A stretch of 64,000 nucleotides of DNA, taken from Amoeboaphelidium protococcarum X5 (Eukaryota > Fungi > Aphelidiomycota). Shown here piece after piece: positions 1-13,371 of the stretch (within the stretch, counting starts at the first letter, position 1; each line of letters opens with the position of its first letter). Below the pieces are notes generated by a model that worked only from the letters and a program-made list of their open reading frames with translations, made no database searches and was not told where the DNA came from. A program made the position numbers and the translations under genes. Location of the stretch: contig JALDTO010000098.1 of assembly GCA_023515725.1 (NCBI GenBank), positions 708,164 through 772,163 of the forward strand. The letters are read 5' to 3'.

Positions 1-1
1 G

Positions 2-351
2 AACAGATAGAAGATTAGTAAAACTTTTTTGGAGATTGAGACTGCCTCCTAAAATCTTGTGCACATGAATCATGCTCTGACTGATAATGTTGCCAAGTTT
101 CATGAACGCAAGATTGCGGACATCAAATCTATTCTAAATGAAATGATATACTCTGAGATGCAGTATCACGCAAAAGGTATTTAAATTGACATCGTTTTTA
201 AACACGATGATAATCATGAATTGATGTAGCTCTGGAGGTATTGACCAATCTGCAAGGAGAAATCGTAGCATTGGACTTTTAAAGCGACTTGGATGATATA
301 TTTGATAGAATGCAAGTAGAACGCTCAGCGAATCTTCTAAATGAACAATGA
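2..351 (+). CDS. 3' end of a FAM92/CIBAR-like BAR-domain protein (partial; intron 177..229)
   Basis: Spliced table-6 translation gives ...FHERKIADIKSILNEMIYSEMQYHAK/ALEVLTNLQGEIVALDFQSDLDDIF..., resembling the FAM92 C-terminal BAR helix; GT-AG intron of 53 nt; TGA at 349-351. Confidence 0.65.
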
Positions 352-681
352 CCATAACATTGATGAATTATATAGCGATTGTTTTAATAGAAATCCTGAC
401 ACTATATTACTTTGCGTATCTAACGATCAATTGTATGGCTTGTATAACGTAAGGAGCCCGACAATGAACATCTGATGTATCAAAGGCCCAGTCTATTATA
501 GAATCTTAAAATTTGCACTTTTTGTATAACAAAATGTTTTAAATTCAGCTGCAAGTTGTACTTTGAAAATGTTGTTGAAGGAATTAATACGACAGCGCAT
601 TAGATATAGAACACGGAGTAAGGAGCTTTAAAAAAAAATGAAATTTTTGGCAGTTTCCATTCTTTTACAACAGTTATTATC

Positions 682-1785
682 ATGATGATGTTGAAATATC
701 TGTCGCTGCTGATTTTGATTTAGTTTGTATTAGCTGTTGATTAGCTTGACCAGTTTTTGGATGCTGTGGATCAAGAGCCGGCGCGCCATAATCTTTTGTT
801 ATAACAGAACATTGGAGAGTAGCTGATTGTGCTACAGCCATAGAATGATTTTTGTATTACTAATTACTTGCTTGAATTAATCAGAAATTTACGCGTGTCC
901 GATCAGTTATACGCGTCGTTTGTGGGACTAGTAACGTCTGATGCTGGTAGACATATTCGTGCTTTTGTCATCAACGCCATGAAATCTCTTCGCTAGACGC
1001 GTGATGTACAGTGGGCCCTACAATGTGTCTAAGGCAATACATGTCGTCTACCGTCGTTCAAGCGTTACGTTGAGCTACTGCTTGCTGCGGATTCGACAAG
1101 CTTGGCATTAATTTAGAACTAGATTTTACCTACAATATTAATCATGCTGGCTTTGTTCATAAGATATGCTAATCCTCGTTTAAATGTGGTGATTCATTTG
1201 CTAGTGACCTCTTTATATATCTCATTCATTTTGTTGACGTAATTTATCACAATGAAGATGGATTTTCTCTATCATCATAATGCATTTGTGATCCCTGTTC
1301 GTTTAATTTAAGTGTCTCTGGTGCTGAATGTAATCTAATTTTCTGAGGCAATGTTCGACGTTGGTAGACGAACGTATGACATTCGAAGAGGGCGCGCTTT
1401 AGGTATTCCGCAAGGCCTTTTCATGCGTAATAATGAGGTGAATTATGGCTGTGGTACGCAGTTAACAAGACTGTCTGTGAATGATCATTTTGTTGAATCC
1501 CATGTTTTATCCGCCGAAGATGAGTGCTTATTATGCAGGAATGAGTTTGAAGCGTCTGAGATTGCGAAACGTCCGCGATGTAGTAGAAATATCTATCTTC
1601 ACAACAAATGTCTTTGCTAGTGGTTAATCACAAATCCCAAATGCTTCATTTGTAATACAAAGGATAGGTATTCTGAAGGCCCAAGTGGTGTCAAATAATT
1701 TGTGGAAGAACAGAATGCAGGGTAAGCACAAAGATAAGAATTCGAATCTTTGAGCCGTGATGAACAGACTGAGAATACTGTTTGA
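682..1785 (+). CDS. Signal-peptide, multi-TM RING-finger protein (putative E3 ligase), paralog 1, about 367 aa
   Basis: Open under table 6 from MMMLKYLSLLILIQFVLA to TGA; central hydrophobic segments; C-terminal CLLC...RPRCSRNIYLHNKCLCQWLITNPKCFIC RING-like motif. Confidence 0.75.
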
Positions 1786-2123
1786 GTTTAGTCTTATTCG
1801 AAGCTGAGTGCCGCGCAGAACATTCATATCCTTAATGAATGGAATGAATAAAGATTTAGGTGATTACAAATGCTCTCATATTAATAAGTTCAAGAGACAG
1901 CAGATGCCAAGCTTCTCTTGTTTGCCGCGTCGATTGATAGTATTGCACTGGTTAAATAGATTATGAAGCGGCATAATCAGTCAGTCGATACTACCGCAAT
2001 CTACTATACATAAAGTAAAACGATTTCCAAGCTCATTTCTCCATACTTTAGGCGTTTGATCGCTTTTCAGGCAAAAGAAAATAAAGTGCGGTGACAATAG
2101 CATTTTGTCATATATTCATTCAA

Positions 2124-3037
2124 ATGATATTCAATTGTGTCCTGTCCTTAGTTTTGCTTTAATTTGTATTTTCAGTTGATTTTCCGGTTGATTAGATTAA
2201 TTAGTTTCTGGATGCTGTGGATCAAGAGCCTGCGCGCCTTAATGTCGCGTTATAGTAGGACGTTGGCAGGTAGTTGATGGCTCTACCGCCTCAGAATGGT
2301 ATATGCGTTACCAATCGCTTGCTTGAATTAATCTAAAACACACGCGTGTCTGATCATTTGTACGCGCTATTCGTGGGTATAGCAACTTCTGGTGCTGGTA
2401 GAAATGCTCGCATCTATATCATTGACGTTTTGAAAACGCTTCGCCAGACCCGTGATGTCTAATGGACGCTGCGCTGTTTGGAAGACGGTGTTTGTCGTTT
2501 ACCATCTTTAAGGCGCTACTGGGAGCTACTGCTTGCTAAAGATTCAACAAGTTTAGCCTTGTACTGGAATTAAATAATGCCTACGTTTTTGATTATGATG
2601 GCTTTGCTCATGAGATTCTCTAATCGCCCTTTGAATGCGCTAGCTCAATTGCTCGTCTCCACTCTATACATCTCCTTTATTTTGTATACGACATTACTCA
2701 CTATGAAGATAGATCTTCCTTATAATCACGACGAACTTGTTGTAATTGCGCGTTTAATGTAAATGAATCTGGTGCTGGTCGTGATTTCTATTTCTGAAGC
2801 ATTATGGATTGGAAATGAATATATGCATGACATGCGCAGAAGGCGCGCATTAGGTATTCCGCAAGGTCTTTTCAATCGGAACAACGAGGTGATTTATGGT
2901 TATGGCACCTCATTAACCAGATTGCATGTTAATGACCATTTTGTTGAATCCCATGTTTTATCCGCCGAAGATGAGTGCTTATTATGCAGGAAAGAGTTTG
3001 AAGCGTCAGAGATTGCGAAACGTCCGAGATGTAATAA
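2124..3037 (+). pseudogene. RING-finger paralog 2, truncated mid-RING by the tyrosine-recombinase element
   Basis: Colinear with 682..1785 (e.g. VNDHFVESHVLSAEDECLLCR identical). Homology stops at RPRCNK where the element begins; the frame reads into the element to TGA at 3131. Confidence 0.8.
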
Positions 3038-5796
3038 AATGCTCTTATTGTTAAAAGTGCAAAGTGCAAAAACGGAAACCGTTAAGGTTGACGTTGGAAG
3101 AATGCGCGAGCGATCGAGCGCGCGACGGTGATCTCGCAGAAAACAGACAAGTCAGTTGTTTCAAACAAATCCTCAATGATTTTGCATTAAACTTTTTGTA
3201 TTAAATCCACTTTCAATCTCAGTCTCCATATTATCTGTCTTGTTCAAATACTACACTCATCCATGGTACCAGAGCAATTGTTTGTCTTGAAGCTAGTTGG
3301 TTTGAAGTTCCCCCAATGTGCGATGAACTTATCCAAATCACCGCCAAAGTGCTTTCTCAGACATTTCATGATCGGGCAGTATTGCTTCACGTAGAATGAT
3401 TTGGCGCCAGCTGATAACCCGACGGTTGAGCCAGGATCATCCACTGCAAGAATGGCCTCCAACTTCGCCATGGCAGTCTTCGCTTTTCTCACTTTCTCTC
3501 TCCCAGGCATATCATTCACAACTTCATCCTACTGAACAGCTGTGATGGCAGGTACAACATCAGCTACGTCAGTGTCTTCTTCATCGGATTCATAGAGTTC
3601 ATCATCAGAGTGAACCGCAGCTTGTTCACGTAACTATCTGGAAGAAGATTATTGAGAAGTCAGAGTAGATTTTGGCTACTTCAACTTAGCTGATTGAGTG
3701 GCAGCAATCAATCCATTCGCATAAAGCTCAAGCATCCTACGCAGCTCATTAATCTCCTCCGGAGTGGCATTAGGTGCAATTTCTTTCAACTTTGCCTCAA
3801 TAAGCTGCAGCACAGTCTCTTTCTTCTGCAACTGGAGAAGTGCATCGTAAATCACTCTAGGTCCACCAACTGCATCAACATCAGATAATCCACATAAGCT
3901 ACGAACAATCTCTTGACTCACCTGCTGCAGACAAAAATTGCCTCTAGAATGGGCAGCATTCAGACTGCGAGCCATCTATAGCTACTCACAGTAGGCTGAT
4001 CTGAATTTGCTTACCACGGAAGACACGTCCAAACGTCTAGTCTTCGCTAATTCTAGCAAATAGCTAGCATCCTTCTTATACAATGCGGCATTAGCGGACG
4101 AAGCGTGTCGCGCACTCTTAGTGATGTCAATCTCTGATCCCATTCCCCAAACAGCAAGCAAATAGCCAGTCTTCCTACTAGTGTGCGTACCAAATTTACC
4201 ATCGGGATTGCCGGTAGCAATCTTACAAGCTTTCTGATACTGCCTATGATAAGATACGTAAGAGATGTTGTACGCCGCATGCCCAACTTGCTTCACAGCA
4301 TCCAGTGTACTCTCTTGAGGGAACAAGAATCCAGTTCTAATCCCAGAAATAAAAATCCACGTCAAAAGCGCACGAACCGGGCACAATTCGGGCACATCAT
4401 AATCCGTCCAAAGAGTCAAGCACACTCTAACACGATCAGACTTGCCTTTAATGTAGAAAGCAAGGGAAGATATACTGCCATCACTTTGAAAGGTCGCAAG
4501 ATCCTTGTTGAGACAATTTTCCAGCCTAGGATCATGAATTTTCAAATCGGTGACTTCATCATTGCGCAGAAATAGCTTGATACTAACGATAATCATCGTC
4601 CACATCATGAATGACTTCGCATCATTTTTCGAGATGAAATACTCGCGGAGACGTAGTAATTCCCAAGGTGTGAGCGGCTAGCTGCCTTCGGACACGTAGC
4701 TGCATCCATCGCGGGAGTTCAATCTCTACATGTTAGTCATGAGGGAAGAATTCTTTGGATCTCCACCCAGCCAAATACGAGGAGCCATCGGATGGAACCG
4801 ACAGCCAGATCTATCACCACGCTCAGAACGTTGGATGCACTCTTCGCAGATATCTCTGTACTCCCCCCTCTAATTACGACTATCATGCAGCACAGAGACA
4901 GCCGATAACAACTGGTCAACATTCTGTGGCATATTCCAACCACCCTAGCACTTGATATCGTGCCCATAGACACATTTCACAGCGTTGCCATTCTCGTCTT
5001 TTAGCAAAGAACCCTTCTCATTACGCTTGAACTTGATAAACAAAATGATGCTCTTGGCGTTCATTGACGGTGTGTACTGCGGGGGGTTAGGAAGCAGCAT
5101 TAAACTCGAGCTGTAGTCACCAATTAGCGCAAAAAAGTACCGCAATCCTCTGTAATGCTTCTAGTAGGCTTACATACTATTCACAGCCAAAGGCCTACCG
5201 CCAGTGAGTGGCACAGATACGTCGGATCGAGTCAACCTCAGCAGCTTCAACGTCTCTCCAATGCCTTCATCCAGCTTATACTTGTACGCCGCTTCAATGC
5301 GATACACATGGCTGTTCTCCGACTTCTTGCGTCTCTTCACCTTCTTCGCCAACTGCTCATCATCCAGACCATCATCAGAGTCGTAATCGTCGTCGTCATC
5401 TTCATCTTCATTCTCCAGCTACCTATTGAAAGCAGCACTGACTTGAGCAGAACTTTGTGAAGTGATATCAGCAGTTTGATTCATGCTAACAACACTTGTT
5501 TCAGCCTCGCACCCAGCCAGACCAGAACTTGAGGAGGCGGATACGCCGACACTACTGCCAACACCAGCACACTCATCAACGGCTGGGATGCCAGTACTAC
5601 TGTTGGAGGTGGTGATACCACCTCCAGATGGCTACGAGTCACTCTACACTGCTCTAGAACGCTTCCTGCCAGACATGCGAGACGGTCGAGATTGTAACAA
5701 AGCGAGTTCGGTGCGTTTCTCCGGGTGCAAGGTGCAAAACACTACCGGTGCAAAAGAAAACAAGCGTTTTATTTGTTTTAAAAGAGTCAGATACAA
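3034..5796 (-). mobile_element. Crypton-like tyrosine-recombinase DNA transposon, copy A
   Basis: 3038..5796 is the reverse complement of 48556..51314 (2759 bp; paired ORF coordinates all sum to 54352). Termini on the element strand are TTGTAT and TTTTAT. No long TIRs, LTRs or reverse transcriptase. Confidence 0.9.
3244..5676 (-). CDS. Tyrosine recombinase of element copy A, 810 aa
   Basis: Single table-6 ORF with catalytic R-K-HxxR-H-Y signature: LFLRNDE, KGKSD, THTSRKTG, SARH, ALYKKD. Confidence 0.88.
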
Positions 5797-5968
5797 ACAA
5801 TTATTGATGGATTTGTTTTACATGCTTCGAAATGAATCTTACTACGGGATAAAAACACGGTCCTAGTCCTAATATAAAAGTCAATGGCCAAATGACTATA
5901 CTGTAACCAGTCTTAGTCATCTTTGATGTTTACGCGCTTCGGTTGAATGAATTTTATCATCTTTGCTC

Positions 5969-6053
5969 GTTCTCTCTCTCTCTCTCTCTCTCCTTGTCGC
6001 CTTTTAACACGCTTATTCATTCATTCATTCGTTCGTTCGTTCGTTCGTTCGTT
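5969..6053 (+). repeat. (TC)n, (TTCA)n and (TTCG)n microsatellites upstream of ABCE1
   Basis: Directly visible tandem repeats. Confidence 0.8.
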
Positions 6054-6231
6054 GGATATCAAAGAGACTTCCCTTTCGGCTTTCTCTCAATTGATCTCTC
6101 TTTCATTTCGGCCAATTCTTCTTCATTCCTTTTAGCAATCTGCGTGCGCGCAATCTCTTTTAGAACTCTTTTACTCATCATTTGTTATACTAAGCTGTAA
6201 AAATAATAGTATCAAAAATACTTTAGATATA

Positions 6232-8040
6232 ATGGGAGAAGATAAATTGACGCGTATTGCTATCGTGTCTAATGACAAGTGTAAGCCTAAGAAATGCAAG
6301 TAGGAGTGTAAGAAGAGCTGTCCCGTGGTGAAGATGGGTAAAATGTGCATTGAGGTATCACCCACCTCCAAGATTGCATTCATATCCGAGACTCTATGTA
6401 TTGGTTGTGGTATCTGTGTGAAGCGATGTCCGTTCGAGGCTATTCAGATTATTAATTTGCCCACTAATTTGGAGAAGGAAACCACCATCAGATACTCTGC
6501 CAATTCATTTAAACTGCATAGACTGCCCGTGCCCAGAGCTGGTCAAGTTCTCGGTCTGGTTGGTACTAATGGTATTGGCAAGAGTACGGCGTTAAAGATT
6601 CTCGCTGGCAAGTAGAAGCCCAATCTGGGCAGATATGATGATCCACCAGAGTGGTAGGAGGTGTTGAAGTACTTTCGTGGATCAGAGTTGTAGAATTATT
6701 TCACCAAGATCTTGGAGGATAATTTGAAGGCCATTATCAAGCCGCAGTACGTCGATAGTATTCCTAAAGCTGTGAAGGGTAAGGTGCGAGATATTATTGA
6801 GAGCAAGAACGAGAAGGGTGACATTGATTACATCTTGGACATGCTGGAGCTGAGAGATGTTATGGACAGAGAGGTGGCTCAGTTGTCTGGTGGTGAGTTG
6901 CAGAGATTTGCTATTGCCATCTGTTGTGTGTAGAAGGCTGATATCTACATGTTCGATGAACCCTCATCATACCTGGATGTTAAGCAGCGTCTGAATGCCG
7001 CCAAGGTTATCAGATCCCTCCTCACACCGGACACGTATGTCATTTGCGTGGAGCACGATTTGTCCGTTCTTGATTATCTGTCCGATTACGTGTGCTGTCT
7101 TTACGGTGTACCGTCCGTGTATGGTGTGGTCACTCTGCCGTTTGGTGTGCGTGAGGGTATCAATATCTTCTTGGATGGTAAGGTGCCTACTGAGAATCTG
7201 AGATTCAGGGAAGAGAGTCTGGTGTTCAAGATTGCGGAGACTGCAGATGAATTTATTGATGATAAGGTGTCTGCCACGTACAATTATCCTAAAATGAGCA
7301 AGAAATTGGGTGATTTCAAGCTGGATATTGATGCAGGTCAGTTTACAGACTCTGAGATTGTGGTGCTACTTGGTCAGAACGGTACGGGAAAGACTACCTT
7401 TATCAGGATGCTTGCCGGTGCTCTGAAGCCTGACAACAATGCGGATGAGCTACCTCGTCTCAATGTCAGCTATAAGCCGCAGAAGATTTCGCCAAAGTTC
7501 CAGGGTACTGTCAGAATGTTGTTCATGTAAAAGATTCGTGGTGCCTGGCTTTAACCTCAGTTCTAGACTGATGTGGTCAAGCCCATGACTATAGAACCGA
7601 TTTTGGATCAAGATGTGTAGCTGTTGTCTGGTGGTGAACTCTAGCGTGTGGCTTTGGTGCTCTGTCTCGGTACGCCGGCTGAAATTTACCTGATTGATGA
7701 ACCTTCTGCTTATCTTGATTCTGAGTAGCGTATTATAGCATCCAAGGTGATTAAGCGATTCATTTTGCACAACAAGAAGACTGCGTTCATTGTGGAGCAC
7801 GATTTCATTATGGCCACGTATCTGGCAGACCGAGTGATTGTCTATGATGGTACTCCTTCGGTGCACGCTCATGCTAACACTCCGCAGAGTTTGCTCACTG
7901 GAATGAACAAGTTCTTGGAGAGTCTGGAGATTACATTCAGACGTGATCCAACCAACTATAGACCAAGAATTAATAAGGACCAGTCGATTAAAGATAAAGA
8001 GTAGAAACAGTCTGGTAATTACTTTTACATGGATGAATGA
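6232..8040 (+). CDS. RLI1: ABCE1/RLI1 ribosome recycling ATPase, 602 aa
   Basis: [12 protein letters not shown]...[16 protein letters not shown] Fe-S domain, two ABC domains ([26 protein letters not shown]). TAG/TAA fall at conserved Gln positions; ends at TGA. Confidence 0.97.
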
Positions 8041-8289
8041 GTTCATTGAGGTGTCTGCTGCAGCAGTATGAACATTAACGTCATCTTTGATAATAACTAA
8101 GAGTAGTGATAAAAGTAGTAGGTAGTAATTATTATAAAAAGAAGAGAGCTTGATTACCAAATTAACGATTTATTACACCAACAAAATCCATTTTCATCTC
8201 CTTATACTCATATACCACCACCACTTCATCGACTAATTTCCATCAACACCAACCTAAATCGTCTACAATAATCATCCACAAAGGTATAA

Positions 8290-10239
8290 TCACTGAGACT
8301 TCTGGGATGCAAAGACATTAGACAAGTAAGCCTCATAGTCATAAGCATCTTCAGCACCGTTCTGAGCCTTTGGCATCACAGTCTTCAAGTAATCAATCTA
8401 CTCAGCTGGCACCTGACCTTGACGCATCTGCAGCTCAGTAACAACGCCGTTATTACTCTTGGAGATGGACTGGAAAGACTGACGCAGCTGCTCGACAGAG
8501 GTACGATCCTCAGTGATGCTGACCATAAACTTGGAGAACTGCTCAAAGGTCAGGTAGTCGCCATTGTCGTTCAACTTCTTGAACAGATCAGTCAGTTCAT
8601 TGTCGTCGTAAGCCTTACCCAAACTAGCCAGACAAGCCTTGAACTCGTGGAATTGCAGAGTGTTGCTGTTGTTCTTGTCGAAAGCCTTGAAAGTGGTCTC
8701 AAACTCCTCCAACTGCTGAGGAGTGATGTTGGTCATATTACGAGCCACCACCTGATTCTCAATGAAGGCAATCTTCTTCTGACAAGCCTGCTGTACCAGC
8801 TGGAAATCAAACTCCAAATCTTCAACGCTGAACACAGTGTCCTCACGCTCACTCTCTTCAATACCAGCCTGGTCACACTGCTCATCTGCAACCTTGATCT
8901 GGTCAAAGCTCTAGTTCAACCCGGTCACCTTCTCGCTGATCTGCTTAACCTGCTCCAACTGCTGTTGCAAGTCACCATCCAAATTACCTAGACTCTGAGA
9001 GATCTGGTTCAATTCACGCTCAAATGCATTAGCCAGTTGAGCATAGTTGGAACGCAGATTGTACTTGATAGCAGCAATCTTCTCGTTGATAGCCTTACGT
9101 CTCACACCTTCACTAGTAAGTAGCTGATTCCAGCTGTTGTCAACATCAGTCAGAGTTAGGCCTTCAGGTGGGTTATAAGCAGTCAGGTTGTAAGTTCTCA
9201 ACTTGGTCTAGATGTTAGACAGCAGAGTGTCCAGATCACGCTTCTCAGCAACCCACTGACGTTTCTGAGTGTTCTTGTACTCCTAAAACTGGTTGGACTA
9301 CAGCTTGGCATCAGCATAAGTATCATCAAAAGAGCTATTCTACCATGCAGAGGTAATATCAGCAATCGCTCTGATGAAAGCACCAGCACGACGCTCATAA
9401 TCATTCTTCATATCCCAAGTAGCCTTCATGACATTGGCAAACTTTCCAACACGACGACCGGCCACCTCTAAAGAGTCCAACTTGGAGAAGGCGTGGAAAT
9501 ACTGAGCAACATAAGTCATCACTGAACGCTCATCAGGCTTGGTAATGTCAACCAAGTCCTCAACATCGAGCAACTTAGGGATACCAAGGTGCTATTCAGC
9601 AATATCGAAAGCCAACTGCACATTTTCCTTCTTGTTGGACTTACTCAGCTTATCGAAATCCAGCAGATCTGGGCGATGACGATGAATGAGAGCACACAAA
9701 GCCAAACCATCCTACCAACTGAAGGTGAAATCACGCACATTCACATTCTTGTAGCCTTGAGTCTTACGCTGGCACCAGAGCAGAAGACCTTCCTTGGCAG
9801 ACAGACCCTCTTCACTAATCTCAGCGATGGTAAAACGCAGAATGATGGTCCAAACCATACCAAGCACCAGCTTCTCATTCTTATCCACCAAGTCTTCAGC
9901 ACCAATATTGGTCAGATTGACACCATGATTCTTGATAAAATCCAAAGCCTTATTCATGTTTTCACACTTTTACACACGCAACTTTGGCGCCTTGTAGTAC
10001 TTGCCAATATCCTCACCACCAATAATTTCCAGCAGGGCAATCAGCTTGGCACCGTCAGAGAATTCCTCAGCCATGTTCTCGATTGGGTTCATCTTTCTCT
10101 TTTACAGCTGAGAGTTGACCCACTTGGTGAAAGTCTTGCGCTGCACAGTCTCCCACTGTTTGTCCATCAATCGACCACCAGCCTTCACTCCAGCAGGGGA
10201 AGCAGTGTCATTCTACGTTTATAAATCAGCCTGAGACAT
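8290..10239 (-). CDS. Alpha-actinin, 649 aa
   Basis: [12 protein letters not shown] and LLLWCQRKT calponin-homology domains, spectrin repeats, C-terminal EF hands ([14 protein letters not shown]). Confidence 0.95.
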
Positions 10240-10796
10240 TTCGAGTTACTTGTTATCAACTTGCTCAATAATGAATTTAGAATATGCAAAATTACAACTT
10301 TCTATAAGAAGGTAATTATTGTCAATGCCAAAACTAAAAGTGTTTTTTCTAATAGACAGTCACTACTGTTAGTATTGACCTGTGAATAGAGATAGTACTT
10401 GTAATTGGAAGTGACCAGAAACAAAGAGACAAACAAAGAGAGAGAGCGAGAGCCAGAAAGTTTCAATTCGCTCGCTGCGACAAACAAAGCCGTATTTAAC
10501 CGCCGCCCCTTTCATTGGAGCGCCACTTTTTTTGAAACGACGATTCTTCTCGCCTCGCCGGCTTGACAACGTCGATCTATTGCTGCTTTTCACTTTTCGC
10601 ATCAGACGTTGTTTCAACTACTATTGTAGCAGAAATCTTGCTCATTATATGCATAACAGTAGTAAAAGTACGAATACTAAATTTCAATTACAAATTGCTA
10701 TATTCCCTGTTCAAAATAAAACATTCATTCAACATATTGATTTCTCAGCTATCGTATGAATGCTATCGCGTACATCCAGATTGCAAAATCACGAAA

Positions 10797-11792
10797 TCAG
10801 AACATCCTCTGCTGCTGGGCACTTCTAATGCCTTGAGATGATGATCCACCACCACCACCACCGCCCTACTTCATGTGGAATAGAGAACGGTGGTCCTTGA
10901 TAAAGTGGTCCAGCTTCTCTGGCTCTTCCCCAATCTTCTTCTTGGTATCATCACTGACAAAGTTCAGCTTTCCCTTGTTCACCAAATCAAATTCATCCAA
11001 CAGCTCACGTGTCAAAGTCTCTCTCAGACCCAACTGCTCTTGAAAGTAACGCTGAATATGCTGTGGATCAACCTTCTGATACTGCAACTGCAAGCCAACA
11101 TTCTTATTCAGGACATCAACTAGCTGACGAGGAGTTATGATGGTTGGACCAGACAGGCGATACATCTCCACATTGCCGCCACTCTTCAGCTTACGGCTCT
11201 CTTCACCCAGCACATCATTGCAGATAAACTTGACCACATCATGCATATTGATCATGGTGAACTTGGCATCTTCATTTAGCGGCCATTCCAACTTACTGCG
11301 CTCCATCATCATCAGACGGTGCAAGAACAGGGATTGCTGCAGACACACCAGACGGACGATACAGGCATCCTGGAAACCAAACTCGCGGAGACACTTTTCC
11401 ATATTGCAGTAATTCTACGCAGTCTTGTTGTCCTGACCATCAATACCAGCGCGACTGATCAGCATGACGCGTTATACCTGAGACTGATGGGCAGCTTTCA
11501 GAATTAACTTGGTCTAATCCACCATCTTTCCAGTGGCCCAGTCAGGTACTACGATCAGAGTATCGACACCCTCCAAATGCTTTCTCAGCTATCCTTCATC
11601 TGGCTGGTCACCCATTTCAATCACACACGCACCTTTAGACCACAGCAGACCACTACGCTCAGGATGACGGACTGTGCACCATAACTCACTGATCTAGCCT
11701 CTGAACTTTTCATTGTCCAACAGCTCGCACACCACGCCACAGCCCACAGCAGTATCAGCATTCGCCACAAACACTCTTCTCATATTGCTCAT
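10797..11792 (-). CDS. NmrA-like NAD(P)-binding Rossmann protein, copy 1, 331 aa
   Basis: MSNMRRVFVANADTAVG...TVRHPER...GVDTLIVVP...YRLSGPTIIT atypical SDR pattern; near-identical to 20569..21561. Confidence 0.75.
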
Positions 11793-12060
11793 TATACGAT
11801 ATACGATTGATTGTATATTCCAAATACTTTGATCAAGTAATAGCAATAGGAGAGAAAGAAAACCAATGAGGAGATGCAAAGTTATTCATATTGATGCCAT
11901 CAATGATCTGATGACAAACCGGTTTCAAATAGACATATCGGGATATCACTGATAATTGATCACTAAATAATCTATAATAAGGCTTCATGATAACTAATAT
12001 TTAAAATAATTTAGATTGCATCAGTAAGTCTACTCATTTAACTCTCATCACAGTTCACAT

Positions 12061-13371
12061 TCATAGCAGAGACCGGTCGAACGCAATCAAAACGTAAAGT
12101 TGCATGCGAAGAAGGCTCATTTTGGCATTGAATTCATTAATGAAATACGATTTCTATGCTTCCAAAAGAGGATCTTGTCCTTTGAAAGTATACAAGTGCT
12201 TGTTCAGCTTCTTATCTCGTCGTACCGCAATATAGTTTCTAATCCCATTTAGCTTCCCCAAAAGAGGCAAAGATTCAGGTTAAACCTCCTACATATGAAC
12301 GCGCAAAAACTTACTATAAGCCTCAAGGTCTTTTCTGGATTAAGTTGCTGTCAGCACTTGTCCAATATTCAATGTCTTATAACTGAACATCGGACGATTC
12401 CGCCTTGATCCAAACCATTGACTATCCTAACCAGAGAAGTAATTTTGTACAGCAGCAAGGCCGCCACACTAGAGCACGTCAGCCAAGTCTTGAAAGGCAA
12501 ACATCAGGCAATTATGACCATCATGTTGTCGCCGCGCAGTCATCACGAATAACTCATAACCATTCTAGAATAAAGACTACATCACCAGTGGAATATGAGG
12601 CAAATAATCTAATACAAATACAGAGTCACTAAGAAGAGCAATTTTTCTCTTGGTATCGATGGCTAGTAAACTGAAATGAGTGGTATCTGTATTTATAAAA
12701 AAGGCACGAGTCTTTTGACCACTCTCAAGATGTTCACTATCATGGGATACTATTTAAGCCAAGTTGACACGCAAAAATTACAGAGCTTCCACAAAAATAC
12801 CATCAACCTAATCCAAAATACGATTCTTGCGAGAGAAAGCTTTGTACAATAACTAAAGATCCATATCAGAGTATTTACTTAGATTAGGACTTTAGAATAT
12901 TGATGGATCCCTATCAGTGAGAGCTTTTTGTGTACTCAGGTACACTTACTTTTCAATCCCAACGCGGAAATTCGGATTAATAAGAGAGGCACGTAGAAGG
13001 CAAATAAAGATCTCCGGTAGATCGAGCCCTTCCATATCAAAAGACGATCTCTTCACCTAAAGGTACTCTTCAACGCTCACAAGACATCTCTTTAAACCAT
13101 CTGAAGATTTACGCTTCCCATTCTCATGCTCCTCCACCAACTATTAAGCAAAGTGCACATAATCTTTACTATACGCGAATTAGTGAAGCTCTTTTCGAAG
13201 CTGGGCATTATAAAGTCTTTCAGATCGAGCGAAATTCGAAGGCTTTCCCAGCCATTTAATCATCTATTAAGGATAAGAGGTGCGTAATGCAACATCAGAG
13301 GAGCCAGCAACATCTATTAGCAGTATAGCCACTACAAGCATCAAACGCGCGCACCAGTTCAAATTAATCAT
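12061..13371 (-). CDS. Hypothetical protein with predicted signal peptide, about 436 aa
   Basis: No in-frame TGA for 1.3 kb; N-terminus MINLNWCARLMLVVAILLIDVAG. An upstream in-frame ATG at 13467 is possible. Confidence 0.65.

Noticed and set aside
3034-5796. Prophage, bacterial integrase or DIRS retroelement interpretation
   Set aside because: No phage genes or RT/RNase H; the ORF uses the host's eukaryotic code.
5797-5921. Short minus-strand ORF (MTKTGYSIV...) running into copy A
   Set aside because: No recognisable homology and no credible continuation at any flank.
8419-10224. Long antisense ORFs in the track (e.g. 8419..8991, 9589..10224, 7450..8160, 37419..38072)
   Set aside because: They are shadows of well-supported genes on the opposite strand.
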